Shown here: positions 40,494-50,411 of the stretch, in pieces
Layout: each line of letters starts with the position of its first letter
Position numbering within the stretch: position 1 is the first letter of the stretch
Assembly (NCBI GenBank): GCA_044892525.1
Contig: CM097886.1
Coordinates: 175,696,312-175,760,311, forward strand
Source of the DNA: Schmidtea polychroa
Taxonomy: Eukaryota
DNA length: 64,000 nt
Direction: 5' to 3'
Translations under genes and position numbers: made by a program
Notes under the pieces: model-generated
Databases searched by the model: none
Seen by the model: only the letters and a program-made list of their open reading frames with translations
What the model was told of the DNA's origin: nothing

Positions 40494-41533
40494 CTTTTAA
40501 AAGAATAATATATAATAATACATGGAGCAAATATAAAAAGATAACGTGTATATGGGAGGAGTATTTGTTCCCTGATAAGGTTTTAATAAATTAATAAATA
40601 ATATACAACTTCGGTAAATTTACCGTAGAATTTTCGAAACGTAGGAACTTTCAGCATTTACAAGGTACTCATTCTATACAAATATAAATCTAACAGAAGC
40701 ATCCACGTATTATTAATTTTTAAAATTTGAAATATTTCTAAGACATTTTGAATAAAGATTTTTATATTAGAATGATATATTAGAGTGATATATTAGTGTA
40801 AGTCTCTGAATGAAGCACATCAGTGCTTATCAGTGCCAGGAAGAATCGGTTATTGTTGGTACCACATTATTTAGCAGATTTTCAAAAAAAGGAAGAATAA
40901 AGAATGTCTAGACCATCTGGAAATATACTACTTCTAGATTCAATCATAACTAGGAATAAAAAATGGATCCTTTTCAATAATTACGCCTTTACCGACTACA
41001 AAGTTAACTAACTTAGAAAATATAAGCTTAGAAAACTCGTTTATTATTAAAGATCCAACACTATAGTAATACAACGTTCGACCACACGTGTCACACCAAC
41101 TATTTGGAAAAATCAAACAATTCTACTGGGAACGTGTTATAGTTTAAAAATTTATAATCCAACATAATATTTTTGATTCTTGGTGAAAATGATAAAACCT
41201 TTTCGAAATAAGATTATCATTTGTCATGAAGTTTAATTAATATACCTCCCGATGACTTTGCAAGTGCTATAAAAAGTTCCATAACTAGAATTTTCTCAAA
41301 ACCTAGACAAAAACTACATGTAGATATGTATAGAGGGTTTACCAGTTCAGTCAGTTAGAATGTTTCAATGATTTCTAGAGGGCCTACTTCCTTAGTAAAA
41401 GAAATAATAGAACTTTTTGTAAAATATATTGATAATATATAGAGAATCAAGTAGGCTCATTTGACACAAAATATTAATATTTTAGAGATTCACAATAGAT
41501 AAATAAAAATAAAAAACATATGAATGTCACATT

Positions 41534-41913
41534 NNNNNNNNNNNNNNNNNNNNNNNNNNNNNNNNNNNNNNNNNNNNNNNNNNNNNNNNNNNNNNNNNNN
41601 NNNNNNNNNNNNNNNNNNNNNNNNNNNNNNNNNNNNNNNNNNNNNNNNNNNNNNNNNNNNNNNNNNNNNNNNNNNNNNNNNNNNNNNNNNNNNNNNNNNN
41701 NNNNNNNNNNNNNNNNNNNNNNNNNNNNNNNNNNNNNNNNNNNNNNNNNNNNNNNNNNNNNNNNNNNNNNNNNNNNNNNNNNNNNNNNNNNNNNNNNNNN
41801 NNNNNNNNNNNNNNNNNNNNNNNNNNNNNNNNNNNNNNNNNNNNNNNNNNNNNNNNNNNNNNNNNNNNNNNNNNNNNNNNNNNNNNNNNNNNNNNNNNNN
41901 NNNNNNNNNNNNN
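41534..41913. other. Assembly gap (N run)
   Basis: 380 Ns. Confidence 1.
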
Positions 41914-42216
41914 TAAAGCTAAAAATTAGTCAAATTAGTGGAATTCTAAATGCCATTTTTCATTATAGTGCCTTTTAGTGCCGGTTGAAGGCGTCTAGTT
42001 CTAAAATATGTTTCACCAACTCGTATTCATAGTTGAACATTTGTAGACTTTGGTAAGGTAATGCTCCTATTTGCCTCTTTCTCTTCTCACTAGGTTGAGG
42101 CACTGTTTATAAAAAAATACAATTGTAAAGTTACATATCATACATGTAAAATTATGGAACCCAAGAAATTATAATGATGACATAAGATAATATAAACTAA
42201 ATTCGAAATATTTTAC

Positions 42217-42438
42217 TCGAATTTCACGATTTAATATCTCTCCTTCGTCAAGTCCGACTCCTAGCGGTCGAAAAAATCTGGAATTTAGTTGATTTGTCAA
42301 TTCTAAAATTGCATTGTCTGCTTCGTTAGCTTCATAAAAGAATTGTTCGTAAATAGCTAAACATTCCAAATGCGTCTTCAAACAATGAGTCAAATTTAAT
42401 ATCCACTGCCATTCACTTTTCAGGATACCCAGTGATTT
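42217..42438 (-). CDS. Spectraplakin exon (plakin domain)
   Basis: Reads KSLGILKSEWQWILNLTHCLKTHLECLAIYEQFFYEANE, matching the conserved plakin 'LQTQWSWxLQLCCCIExHL..Y.QFF' segment. Confidence 0.93.
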
Positions 42439-42496
42439 CTATAATGAGAACATTGGCATAGAAACGTCTTTAAAATGTTTTATATTGTCAACCAAC

Positions 42497-42601
42497 CTGA
42501 ATATAATTTGCCGCCGAGTGATTATTGATGGTCAGAGTTGTTCCAACGGCAATCGTTTCGTTGATACTCGTTTCTTTCATTTCCAATTCATCAATCAAAT
42601 T
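42497..42601 (-). CDS. Spectraplakin exon (plakin domain)
   Basis: Reads NLIDELEMKETSINETIAVGTTLTINNHSAANYIQ, matching plectin-type 'LMRELE.KE...L....HPA'. Phase 0/0. Confidence 0.9.
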
Positions 42602-43830
42602 CTAAATTTCAACAATGAAAAACCAATGTCAAGTTTAATAAAAAAAGAAAAAATTCACACGTCACCAATAAAAATCAAACAATTTCCCCATAATATATCA
42701 ATATCTCACCTGAATATCAATATAAATATTCTAGATAAATAAAAGGATAAACTGGTAAATATTTATAATTGGTAAAATTATATTCTATATCTATACTTAG
42801 TTTGGTAAATAGATTTATTTTGTACTTTTTTGTATTATATTTCTTCATAGTATGTGGGTAACTCTATTTGTTTACGGAGGAAGCACTCTTAACAATTCCA
42901 GAACTAGGGTTCCACCCAAGAGAGATTTTGTAAGAATAATAAGGAAAACATTTAATAATCTTTTCAAATGGTCACAAAACACGTTGTACCGAAAATTCAT
43001 GTTAAATAGAAAACACACTATTGTAAGAATGAAAATAAACAAAATTGTAAATGAAGATGAAATAAAGGGTTAAGAAGTTAAAAAACTACATTGAAAATTA
43101 GTATTCATTTAATATCCCTTTAACAGTAGCTTACTTATTTTATCTATTTTAAAATTATTACATTTAATTTATTTATATAACTTCAAGAATTTCTTTCTTT
43201 AACAAGGAATTTAGGGGAAATCTTCAAAATCTTCCGAAATTTTAAATGGAATTGTATCGAAACATTTTAAGCTCCTTGAAATATGTTTTAAAATAAATTG
43301 AAATCAAAATCACTTGAAAATGGCAGTTCCGAAAATTTGTGAATATCAAAAAAACATCGATATATTTACTGATTCATAGTCAAGCTTTTTAATAAATATG
43401 TCAATTGAAAAGAATTAGGAGGTGAAATTTGTAAAAAGTTCATATAATAATTAAATAAATGTTTATATATTTGATTTTTTTGAATTCCATGATACATTGA
43501 GATAAAAACATTTTTAATTCAAAAATAATTAATATTTGCCTTAAAAATTAATTTATTAAATAAGTATTTATGTAAACGCGATTCGTCGTAACAATAAATT
43601 TTACTGCTGTTTTGAAATGTTTTATTTATTTTTTCTTAAATATTTAATAACTTATAATAGAACGCGTCTCACTCGATAAAACCAAATTAGAGTTTTATTA
43701 TATAAATTCCATGTGTCATGTTTGTATGTTTCATTTATTTGTTATACCATACTTTTACAACTATTTTAATTTTGCAGAAGTAATTGCTAACGAATTTTCA
43801 GCACTCGTGTATTATTTATAATATAAATTA

Positions 43831-44045
43831 CCGTATTAGCCCGAATATAACGCGACAATTTTTAACATTTTATTTTTATTAAATTTTGGTTTAAATTAAT
43901 TAAATTTATTGTCATGAATATAATCTATGTATTACTTTTAATTACCTAACCAAACGCTTATCTAATTGAATATCCCTTAATTTTAATTGTTTTATGAGTA
44001 TTTGTTTTCTAATTTCGGGGTCGCGTTATATTCGGACTAATACGG
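43831..44045. mobile_element. Tc1/mariner-superfamily (Tc2/pogo-like) MITE
   Basis: 26-bp TIR CCGTATTAGCCCGAATATAACGCGAC with 1 mismatch; TA on the left and CA on the right. Confidence 0.85.
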
Positions 44046-44247
44046 CATTTATTATTTTGTTATAATATAAGCGGTTTTAAAAGAATGCAACATGTTGTAA
44101 AGATGTTATTGAACGTAACAAAATTTTCGACACATAGTTAAACTAGATTGTTGCCTGTGATATATTATTATTTTTTTTCTTGTTTTATTATAGGAATTGT
44201 TGCAAACTGAAACCAGATGTAGTGTCTAAATTACATTGATTTAAGAC

Positions 44248-44478
44248 CAGGGGTGGCCAACTTGTTTTAACTTGCGATCGACTTTGGCATTATAAAATAA
44301 ATACTGATATACCAAGTATAAAAAATGAACGAGTTAATAAATAAAATAATTGATTTACAGAAAGAACTTAAAATGTTTTTAAATACAATTATTTTAAAAA
44401 ATTAAGAAATGGCATAACTTTCAAATAATTTGAGATTGACCAAAAATAGTTCGGCGATCGACTTGTTGGCAATCTTTG
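44248..44478. mobile_element. hAT (Buster-like) MITE, degenerate
   Basis: CAGGGGTGGCCAAC ... GTTGGCAATCTTTG (10/14); subterminal GCGATCGACT at both ends; flanks tttaagac / atttagac. Confidence 0.7.
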
Positions 44479-44507
44479 ATTTAGACTATATCAGTCACAT
44501 TGATTAA

Positions 44508-44753
44508 CCCTTTCTAAGGTGGTGGCAATATACTGTACACCATTTTAAACTAATAAAAATATCTAAGTGTAACACTGTCGGTAATCATTTTTACTTTTGG
44601 TACAACTACTGACATATATTGAGCCACAAGAGAACAAATTTATAGTATTTGAAACCGTAGATGAGTTTTTTTATGATCATTTGTAACTATATAATTATTA
44701 TTAATAAACTTTGAGTTTTACATCACTTTTAGTTTCCTTTGCCTTAAAAAGGG
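44508..44753. mobile_element. piggyBac-type MITE
   Basis: TTAA-CCCTTTCTAAGG ... CCTTAAAAAGGG-TTAA (11/12 TIR, TTAA on both sides). Confidence 0.8.
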
Positions 44754-45354
44754 TTAAATTTAGTTTTAATTTAACATTACTTTTTTTTGTAACATCGGCT
44801 TTGTTTTCATTTATCTTCATTTAGTTTTTGACTATATATAAATGTTTTTTATTTAACACAAATAATTGGCACTGTCTTTGTCAACAACACTTGAAAAATG
44901 AAGTTAAATAGAAAACATTTATCTCTAATTTAAATATGAATAAAGATAGATGAAATCGTTAATAATTTAATGATAATTTTCATTTTATTAATTTAATAAG
45001 AATTTTTTTAATATTTTTTTGTAATTCTGAATATAAAATAACATCTTTAGTTGAATAAGTATATGAGGATTTTGTTCAACATTTTGATTGGTTTCTGAAT
45101 GTGTTTTTATTTATTCTATAGTTGTATAATAATTCAACTTTTGGCAAAAATTTTAAATATAAACTTACATATTTCAATGGCCTTGAATATGTCTAATATT
45201 CGTGAAATTGAAACATTCATAATTTTATTTTACAATTTAAAACGAACTTCTAATTTAATCTGAAATTGTGTGTATTTTTTATTATAGAAATTTTATGAAA
45301 TCGTACTTTTGTGCATTAATTTTTTTCCCCGTTACTTTTTTTATTCGCTTATAT

Positions 45355-46242
45355 AAGTGGTATTCAAACCCTAGGATTCCGCAACAAATTTTATACGTAT
45401 TTTTTAAGCTTTAAAAATTTTTTGTTTAATATTTATTAATATAGATTAAAATATTTATTTAAGCTTTTTATTAGGGTTGCCAACTTTTGATTCGACCAAA
45501 AGCGTATTCAAATTTCTTTTAACCATATAGTAACAAAAATGACAAATAATTGCAATAAATAAAAATTGAGATAAAATAAAATAAATAAAATAGATAAATA
45601 AAATAATCAACAATTAATAAAACTTAAACAAAATTAATAATTAATAAAATTATATATTTTACTTTTTAATTTCTACATCTCAAAAATTAATTTTCAAAAT
45701 ACAGGAAATATCACATTGTAATTATGACAGTTTTTCTGGAAATTTCAAGTAAATTTAAATATGAATTTGGAAAACATTCTGCCGTTTCAATTTGGAAAGC
45801 AATTTTTTTTACACTATCGAACCAAAAATTGACGATATTTTTATCCCAGTAAGCTAAAAGCGCATTTTTTCGTATATCTATGAAAAGCGTGCGTATAACG
45901 TATAAATGTTTGTTTTTTGCACGAAAAGCGTAGGTTACGCTTCAAAAGCGTACAGTTGGCAACCCTACTTTTTATATTTGTAAAATATTGTATAAAAAAA
46001 TTAATGGAAAAGAGCTTAAAGACTAAATAAGTAAATATATCAAAACATCGATATATTTATTGATTTATAGTCTTCAAGCTCTTTTCTATAAATACAATGG
46101 AAAAAAAATCAGTTGTGAAATTGGAAAAAAAGTTCTTATAATATTAAAAAATTAAACTTATATTTTTAAAAGTTAATTAGGGTTCCGCAAAAAAAATTTT
46201 TGTAAAAGGGTTCCGCGAGTATATAAAGTTTAAAGACCACTG
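45355..46242. mobile_element. hAT MITE (outer element of a nested pair)
   Basis: Perfect 8-bp TSD GCTTATAT (45347-45354, 46243-46250); TIR aAGTGGTATTCAAAC / GTTTAAAGACCACTG. Confidence 0.8.
45472..45967. mobile_element. hAT MITE (inner element of a nested pair)
   Basis: Perfect 13-bp TIR TAGGGTTGCCAAC, perfect 8-bp TSD CTTTTTAT, and repeated subterminal AAAAGCGT motifs. Confidence 0.92.
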
Positions 46243-46388
46243 GCTTATATTATTAACTCTAAACTCAGATTTAATGAAATTGACGCTCTTATTGCAAGTT
46301 GATTTACTCCTTGATGACCTATTTCCTCTGAAAATTGATAAAACGTGTGTTAGAAATATTAAAAAATCGATTACCAACAAATATTTAC

Positions 46389-46553
46389 CTTGAATTTTTC
46401 TTGCTTTTCTGAAAGTTTTATTGATTCTGTATCGAACCATTGCCAATTAATTTGTTGATCTTCTTTTGTTTTTATCCATGCAATACTTTCGTTGGATTTT
46501 TTAAGGAACTCTAGGAATGATTTGAAATCTACGTCGATTTTTGAACAATTCGA
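46389..46553 (-). CDS. Spectraplakin exon (plakin domain)
   Basis: Reads SNCSKIDVDFKSFLEFLKKSNESIAWIKTKEDQQINWQWFD, matching 'L..F...A..EL.WL.EKEEEE...DWSD'. Confidence 0.9.
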
Positions 46554-46609
46554 CTATGAAAATTAAAAATGAAATGAAGTGCATCTTGAAAAGAAACAGA
46601 AAAATTTAC

Positions 46610-46687
46610 CCATAATTCATTAAATTTAGTCCTCAAGTCATTTTTCGATTGATAAAAATCCATATCCATTTGATATTGATTTTCGGA
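46610..46687 (-). CDS. Spectraplakin small exon
   Basis: Reads SENQYQMDMDFYQSKNDLRTKFNELW. Phase 0/0 between 49- and 56-bp GT-AG introns. Confidence 0.8.
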
Positions 46688-46736
46688 CTAAATGGAAAAT
46701 CGTTCAAATAATCAATAAATTGTACTAGAACTTTAC

Positions 46737-46819
46737 TTCTAGAATCATTTTGAATTCGTCAACAGAATCCTTTATTTCATTAAATGTTGCTGAGAATCTT
46801 TCATAAGTTTTATTCAAAT
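46737..46819 (-). CDS. Spectraplakin small exon
   Basis: Reads DLNKTYERFSATFNEIKDSVDEFKMILE. Phase 1 acceptor, phase 0 donor. Confidence 0.82.
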
Positions 46820-46876
46820 CTAAATTCAAACAAAAACAAAATATTAACAAATAATGAAATTTAAAATAACACTTTC

Positions 46877-47356
46877 NNNNNNNNNNNNNNNNNNNNNNNN
46901 NNNNNNNNNNNNNNNNNNNNNNNNNNNNNNNNNNNNNNNNNNNNNNNNNNNNNNNNNNNNNNNNNNNNNNNNNNNNNNNNNNNNNNNNNNNNNNNNNNNN
47001 NNNNNNNNNNNNNNNNNNNNNNNNNNNNNNNNNNNNNNNNNNNNNNNNNNNNNNNNNNNNNNNNNNNNNNNNNNNNNNNNNNNNNNNNNNNNNNNNNNNN
47101 TGAAATTGATTTCACTAATGACAGCACATTTTTCATCGATCCAGTTTTTCCATTTATTTNNNNNNNNNNNNNNNNNNNNNNNNNNNNNNNNNNNNNNNNN
47201 NNNNNNNNNNNNNNNNNNNNNNNNNNNNNNNNNNNNNNNNNNNNNNNNNNNNNNNNNNNNNNNNNNNNNNNNNNNNNNNNNNNNNNNNNNNNNNNNNNNN
47301 NNNNNNNNNNNNNNNNNNNNNNNNNNNNNNNNNNNNNNNNNNNNNNNNNNNNNNNN
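46877..47356. other. Two assembly gaps flanking a 59-bp duplicated island
   Basis: Ns at 46877-47100 and 47160-47356. Bases 47101-47159 are identical to 47357-47415. Confidence 0.97.
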
Positions 47357-47565
47357 TGAAATTGATTTCACTAATGACAGCACATTTTTCATCGATCCAG
47401 TTTTTCCATTTATTTAAACTTGAATAGAGCACATTTTCCCCAATATCCATTGAATGGGTTGGTGTATATTGACGGCGACTGACTAATCCTGAGCTTAGTG
47501 TGGGAGGAGATAATTTTTCAAATTTCTTTTTCACTTTATCAATTTTTCCATTTATATTGATTATT
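47357..47565 (-). CDS. Spectraplakin exon; its 3' end and donor are lost in an N gap
   Basis: Reads IININGKIDKVKKKFEK...LNKWKNWIDEKCAVISEINF and then runs into Ns. Phase 2 acceptor at 47566. Confidence 0.85.
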
Positions 47566-47616
47566 CTAAAAGAATATTTCAATGAAACTAAATTTAATAA
47601 CAGTTTATTTTCTCAC

Positions 47617-47777
47617 GTTCTATAATGCTGATCAGCTGGGTAACCGTCGCGCTTCAATTCTTGCACAGAGATTATCATGTTGTTGATTTGATTTTCACAA
47701 TCATACAATTCTTTGCTGATCGAGGCAAGATATTCGTTCATTTCCTTTGTTGGAGTTTTCGGCATTGGATAAGAAAT
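47617..47777 (-). CDS. Spectraplakin exon (plakin domain)
   Basis: Reads ISYPMPK...LYDCENQINNMIISVQELKRDGYPADQHYRT, matching 'L...D..IR.LF.DVQ.LKDGRHPQ.EQ.YR'. Confidence 0.88.
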
Positions 47778-47989
47778 CTAAAAATTTATTGAAAAATCAA
47801 ATATAATCATTATAATCAATTTTAAATGATATAATTAAAGGGTTTTTAGAATTTTTTTTTACTTTATTAAAGATGTCTGAAGAAAATAAATAATTTACTG
47901 TACCAAAAATGAAATACATTCTAAATATATTTTAATAATAAAAAGCAAAATATCAATTGCAGATTTTCTTATCTCTTTAACTTAGGATA

Positions 47990-48153
47990 CAGTAAAATCT
48001 TTTTCTACACGGTCTTTTTTTACACGATTTTGCCGAAAATCATGTAAATAATTAAAAAAAAATTTTGGAATTCGTGTTAAATCAAAAATAACGTGTAAAA
48101 AAATTTAAAATTTCTTCTTATTTATCAAAATCGTGTAAAAAAAGATTTTACTG
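47990..48153. mobile_element. pogo/Tigger-like (Tc1/mariner) MITE
   Basis: TA-CAGTAAAATCTTTTTCTACACG ... CGTGTAAAAAAAGATTTTACTG-TA (21/22 TIR, TA TSD). Confidence 0.88.
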
Positions 48154-48311
48154 TATTTAATTGCTTGCCTCAAGGTGCGATTTAATGATCAAATAGATAT
48201 GTAAATCATAGTTGATCGGAAAATATTTTTAAAAAATCAATATTAACATAAATGCACTAAAATTAATTCTTTTAATAAACAAAATTTAAAAACTTCTAAG
48301 AAAAAAATTAC

Positions 48312-48521
48312 CTTTCGAATTTTTGATTCAATTTCCTCCACCGTATTCGTTAGAGTAGCGCACTCGATATCGAGCGAAACACTGATTTTCTCTGACCGCT
48401 GGACTTTTTTACTTTCGTTTGTTAATATTAAACTTTTCTCTTTAGAATTTGTTTCAAATTTTGACCAAAGCGTTGAAATCATATGAAATTTTCTTTGGTT
48501 TTCATTATTCGTATCGATTTT
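48312..48521 (-). CDS. Spectraplakin exon (first spectrin repeats)
   Basis: Reads KIDTNNENQRKFHMISTLWSKFETNSKEKSLILTNESKKVQR...IRK, phase 0/0. Confidence 0.87.
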
Positions 48522-48569
48522 CTAAAAGATATTAAAGAGAAATAATCAATAGAATTATTGTGAAATTAC

Positions 48570-48850
48570 AGATATTTCGTCAAAGAGACGACAAAATGAT
48601 TCGTATTGTTTTAAATATGTCGCATAGTTATTTTCCAGTCGGGTCTGATTGAAGTCGATATGGAAATCATTGCGATCGAAATCATCGTTGAGTTCTTCGA
48701 GTGCTGAATTCAAATTCGCATACAAATCGGCATATTGATTTCGGAATTGATAGATCTTCTCTTCGATGTCATCTTCTTTTGGATTCATTTCAAACAACGA
48801 TGCCACATATGTCATCATTGATTTTTCATCGATGATTCCACTCAAAACGT
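48570..48850 (-). CDS. Spectraplakin exon: end of CH2 and start of plakin domain
   Basis: Reads DVLSGIIDEKSMMTYVASLFEMNP, the canonical CH2 C-terminus. Phase 1/0. Confidence 0.93.
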
Positions 48851-48898
48851 CTACAAATCAATTTTCACTTTATAAAATTGATTTTTGATTGTTTTTAC

Positions 48899-49014
48899 CT
48901 TCGGGTTCAATAATTTTTGGAACACCCAATTCCTTTTGAGCAGTATTGAAGGCCATTTCTAAATTTTGTTGAGCAGTATTTTTGGAAATCGATTTCAAAT
49001 CAATTAAATCTGGT
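48899..49014 (-). CDS. CH2 exon
   Basis: Reads RPDLIDLKSISKNTAQQNLEMAFNTAQKELGVPKIIEPE. Phase 2/1. Confidence 0.95.
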
Positions 49015-49074
49015 CTAAAAATATTGAAATAATCAATAAAATTGTGACTCAATAAAAAATGCAATTTAATTAAC

Positions 49075-49241
49075 CTTTTTTTATGAATTAGTGCCAAAAA
49101 TGCTTTTCCGTCTTTCCAGCTTGATGAGAAATTTTCTATATTTATATCAGGATAATCTTCAAGAGCTTTTCTAGACCACTGAAGTAGAATTTGTTTGATA
49201 GATAAATCGTCTGATTTACTCGATTGTACAATATCTTTAAA
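49075..49241 (-). CDS. CH2 first exon
   Basis: Reads FKDIVQSSKSDDLSIKQILLQWSRKALEDYPDINIENFSSSWKDGKAFLALIHKK. Acceptor ttttttcAG at 49242, phase 0. Confidence 0.95.
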
Positions 49242-49352
49242 CTGAAAAAAAACAAATAAAATTTTTAATAAATTATAAAATTTTTATTAATTATTGTAGA
49301 GGAAAAAATTAAAATTAATCAACAGAACAAAACCGAACTTGAAAATACTTAC

Positions 49353-49424
49353 AGATTTGTATTTGTATTTCGACAATGAGTCTGGCCTATTAGTAATTTG
49401 AAGGGTGTTATTTGTTGATTTCAT
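49353..49424 (-). CDS. Candidate alternative first coding exon (MKSTNNTLQITNRPDSLSKYKYKS), CH1-less isoform
   Basis: ATG with A at -3, 24 open codons and consensus donor TCT|GTAAGT in phase 0, 111 bp from the phase-0 CH2 acceptor. No transcript evidence. Confidence 0.6.
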
Positions 49425-50411
49425 GTTGAAAAATATTATAAATCGATCAAAAATTTATTAAAAAATTCACATTTTCAACTCAACATGGTTAAAAAAAATT
49501 TCTATAGAAATCTAAAAACATTGCACATGTTTAAAAGAATCGATTGATTTCATTCACCAATCAGAACTCCTCAATCACATGTGTGTGTGTGTTTGCATGC
49601 GTATACGTGTGTGTCAGAGTCTATGGATTGGTTCTCTGAGACTTCTGGAATAGAATTTAAGAAAACTTTCTTAGCAAAATAATAATAATTCTTTTTAAAA
49701 ATAAATAATTGTAAAATTTATTAAAAATAAAATCAATAAATAATAAATCAATTGAAAAAACTTACATATAATCAATTTGATAGAAATTAATGAATTTTAA
49801 ATAATAAATTGATCAAAAATTGAATGCTAAACAAAAATGATGAGTTCGATATTTAAAGATCAAACAACACGCCAAAATGATCACAAAACAACCTATTAGC
49901 ACCAGTGTGCTGATTTTCAGCATTAATATCAATAAATTAATGAGTAGACTTGTGCAAATTAGATCAGTGATGCATTTTGCTGGCTTTCTATTGGTTTATT
50001 TATTATTGTTATAATTATTATTTAGATTGTTATTAGAGTTGTTATTTATTTATTGCTTGCTTACCAAAAGGCCGTATATCAATAGTAACCATCAAACTTT
50101 GTTGTGTATCTTGGGATAATTAAATGTTTCGGCTCAAACATTCTAATATGTCGCCCGGTTTCAGTAATTTAGTAAATCAATCCGATTTTAAAATAATTGA
50201 TATTATTTACTCTCTAGCACTACCACTACACTTTTTGTGTTACATATTGAAAATTGAGGCCGTTTGAAATTTGGGTAACTGATAAGACATATATTATATC
50301 CTCCAATAATAAAATCCTGATTATGTCCATAGATATTTTTTATTAATTAAATATTCAAAATTTTGTTTTTAATTGTCATGAAATATTCTTGACAATTTAG
50401 AAGTGGGAAAA

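Noticed and set aside
40900-41460. Coding-like A-rich tract on the + strand in an intron
   Set aside because: Multiple stops and no recognisable motif. It may be a transposon relic, but I cannot support this without a search.
50065-50120. GTAAGC donor at 50064 as another alternative first exon
   Set aside because: The phase-0 frame has a stop 10 codons upstream. The only short open frame is phase 1, which is incompatible with the CH2 acceptor.
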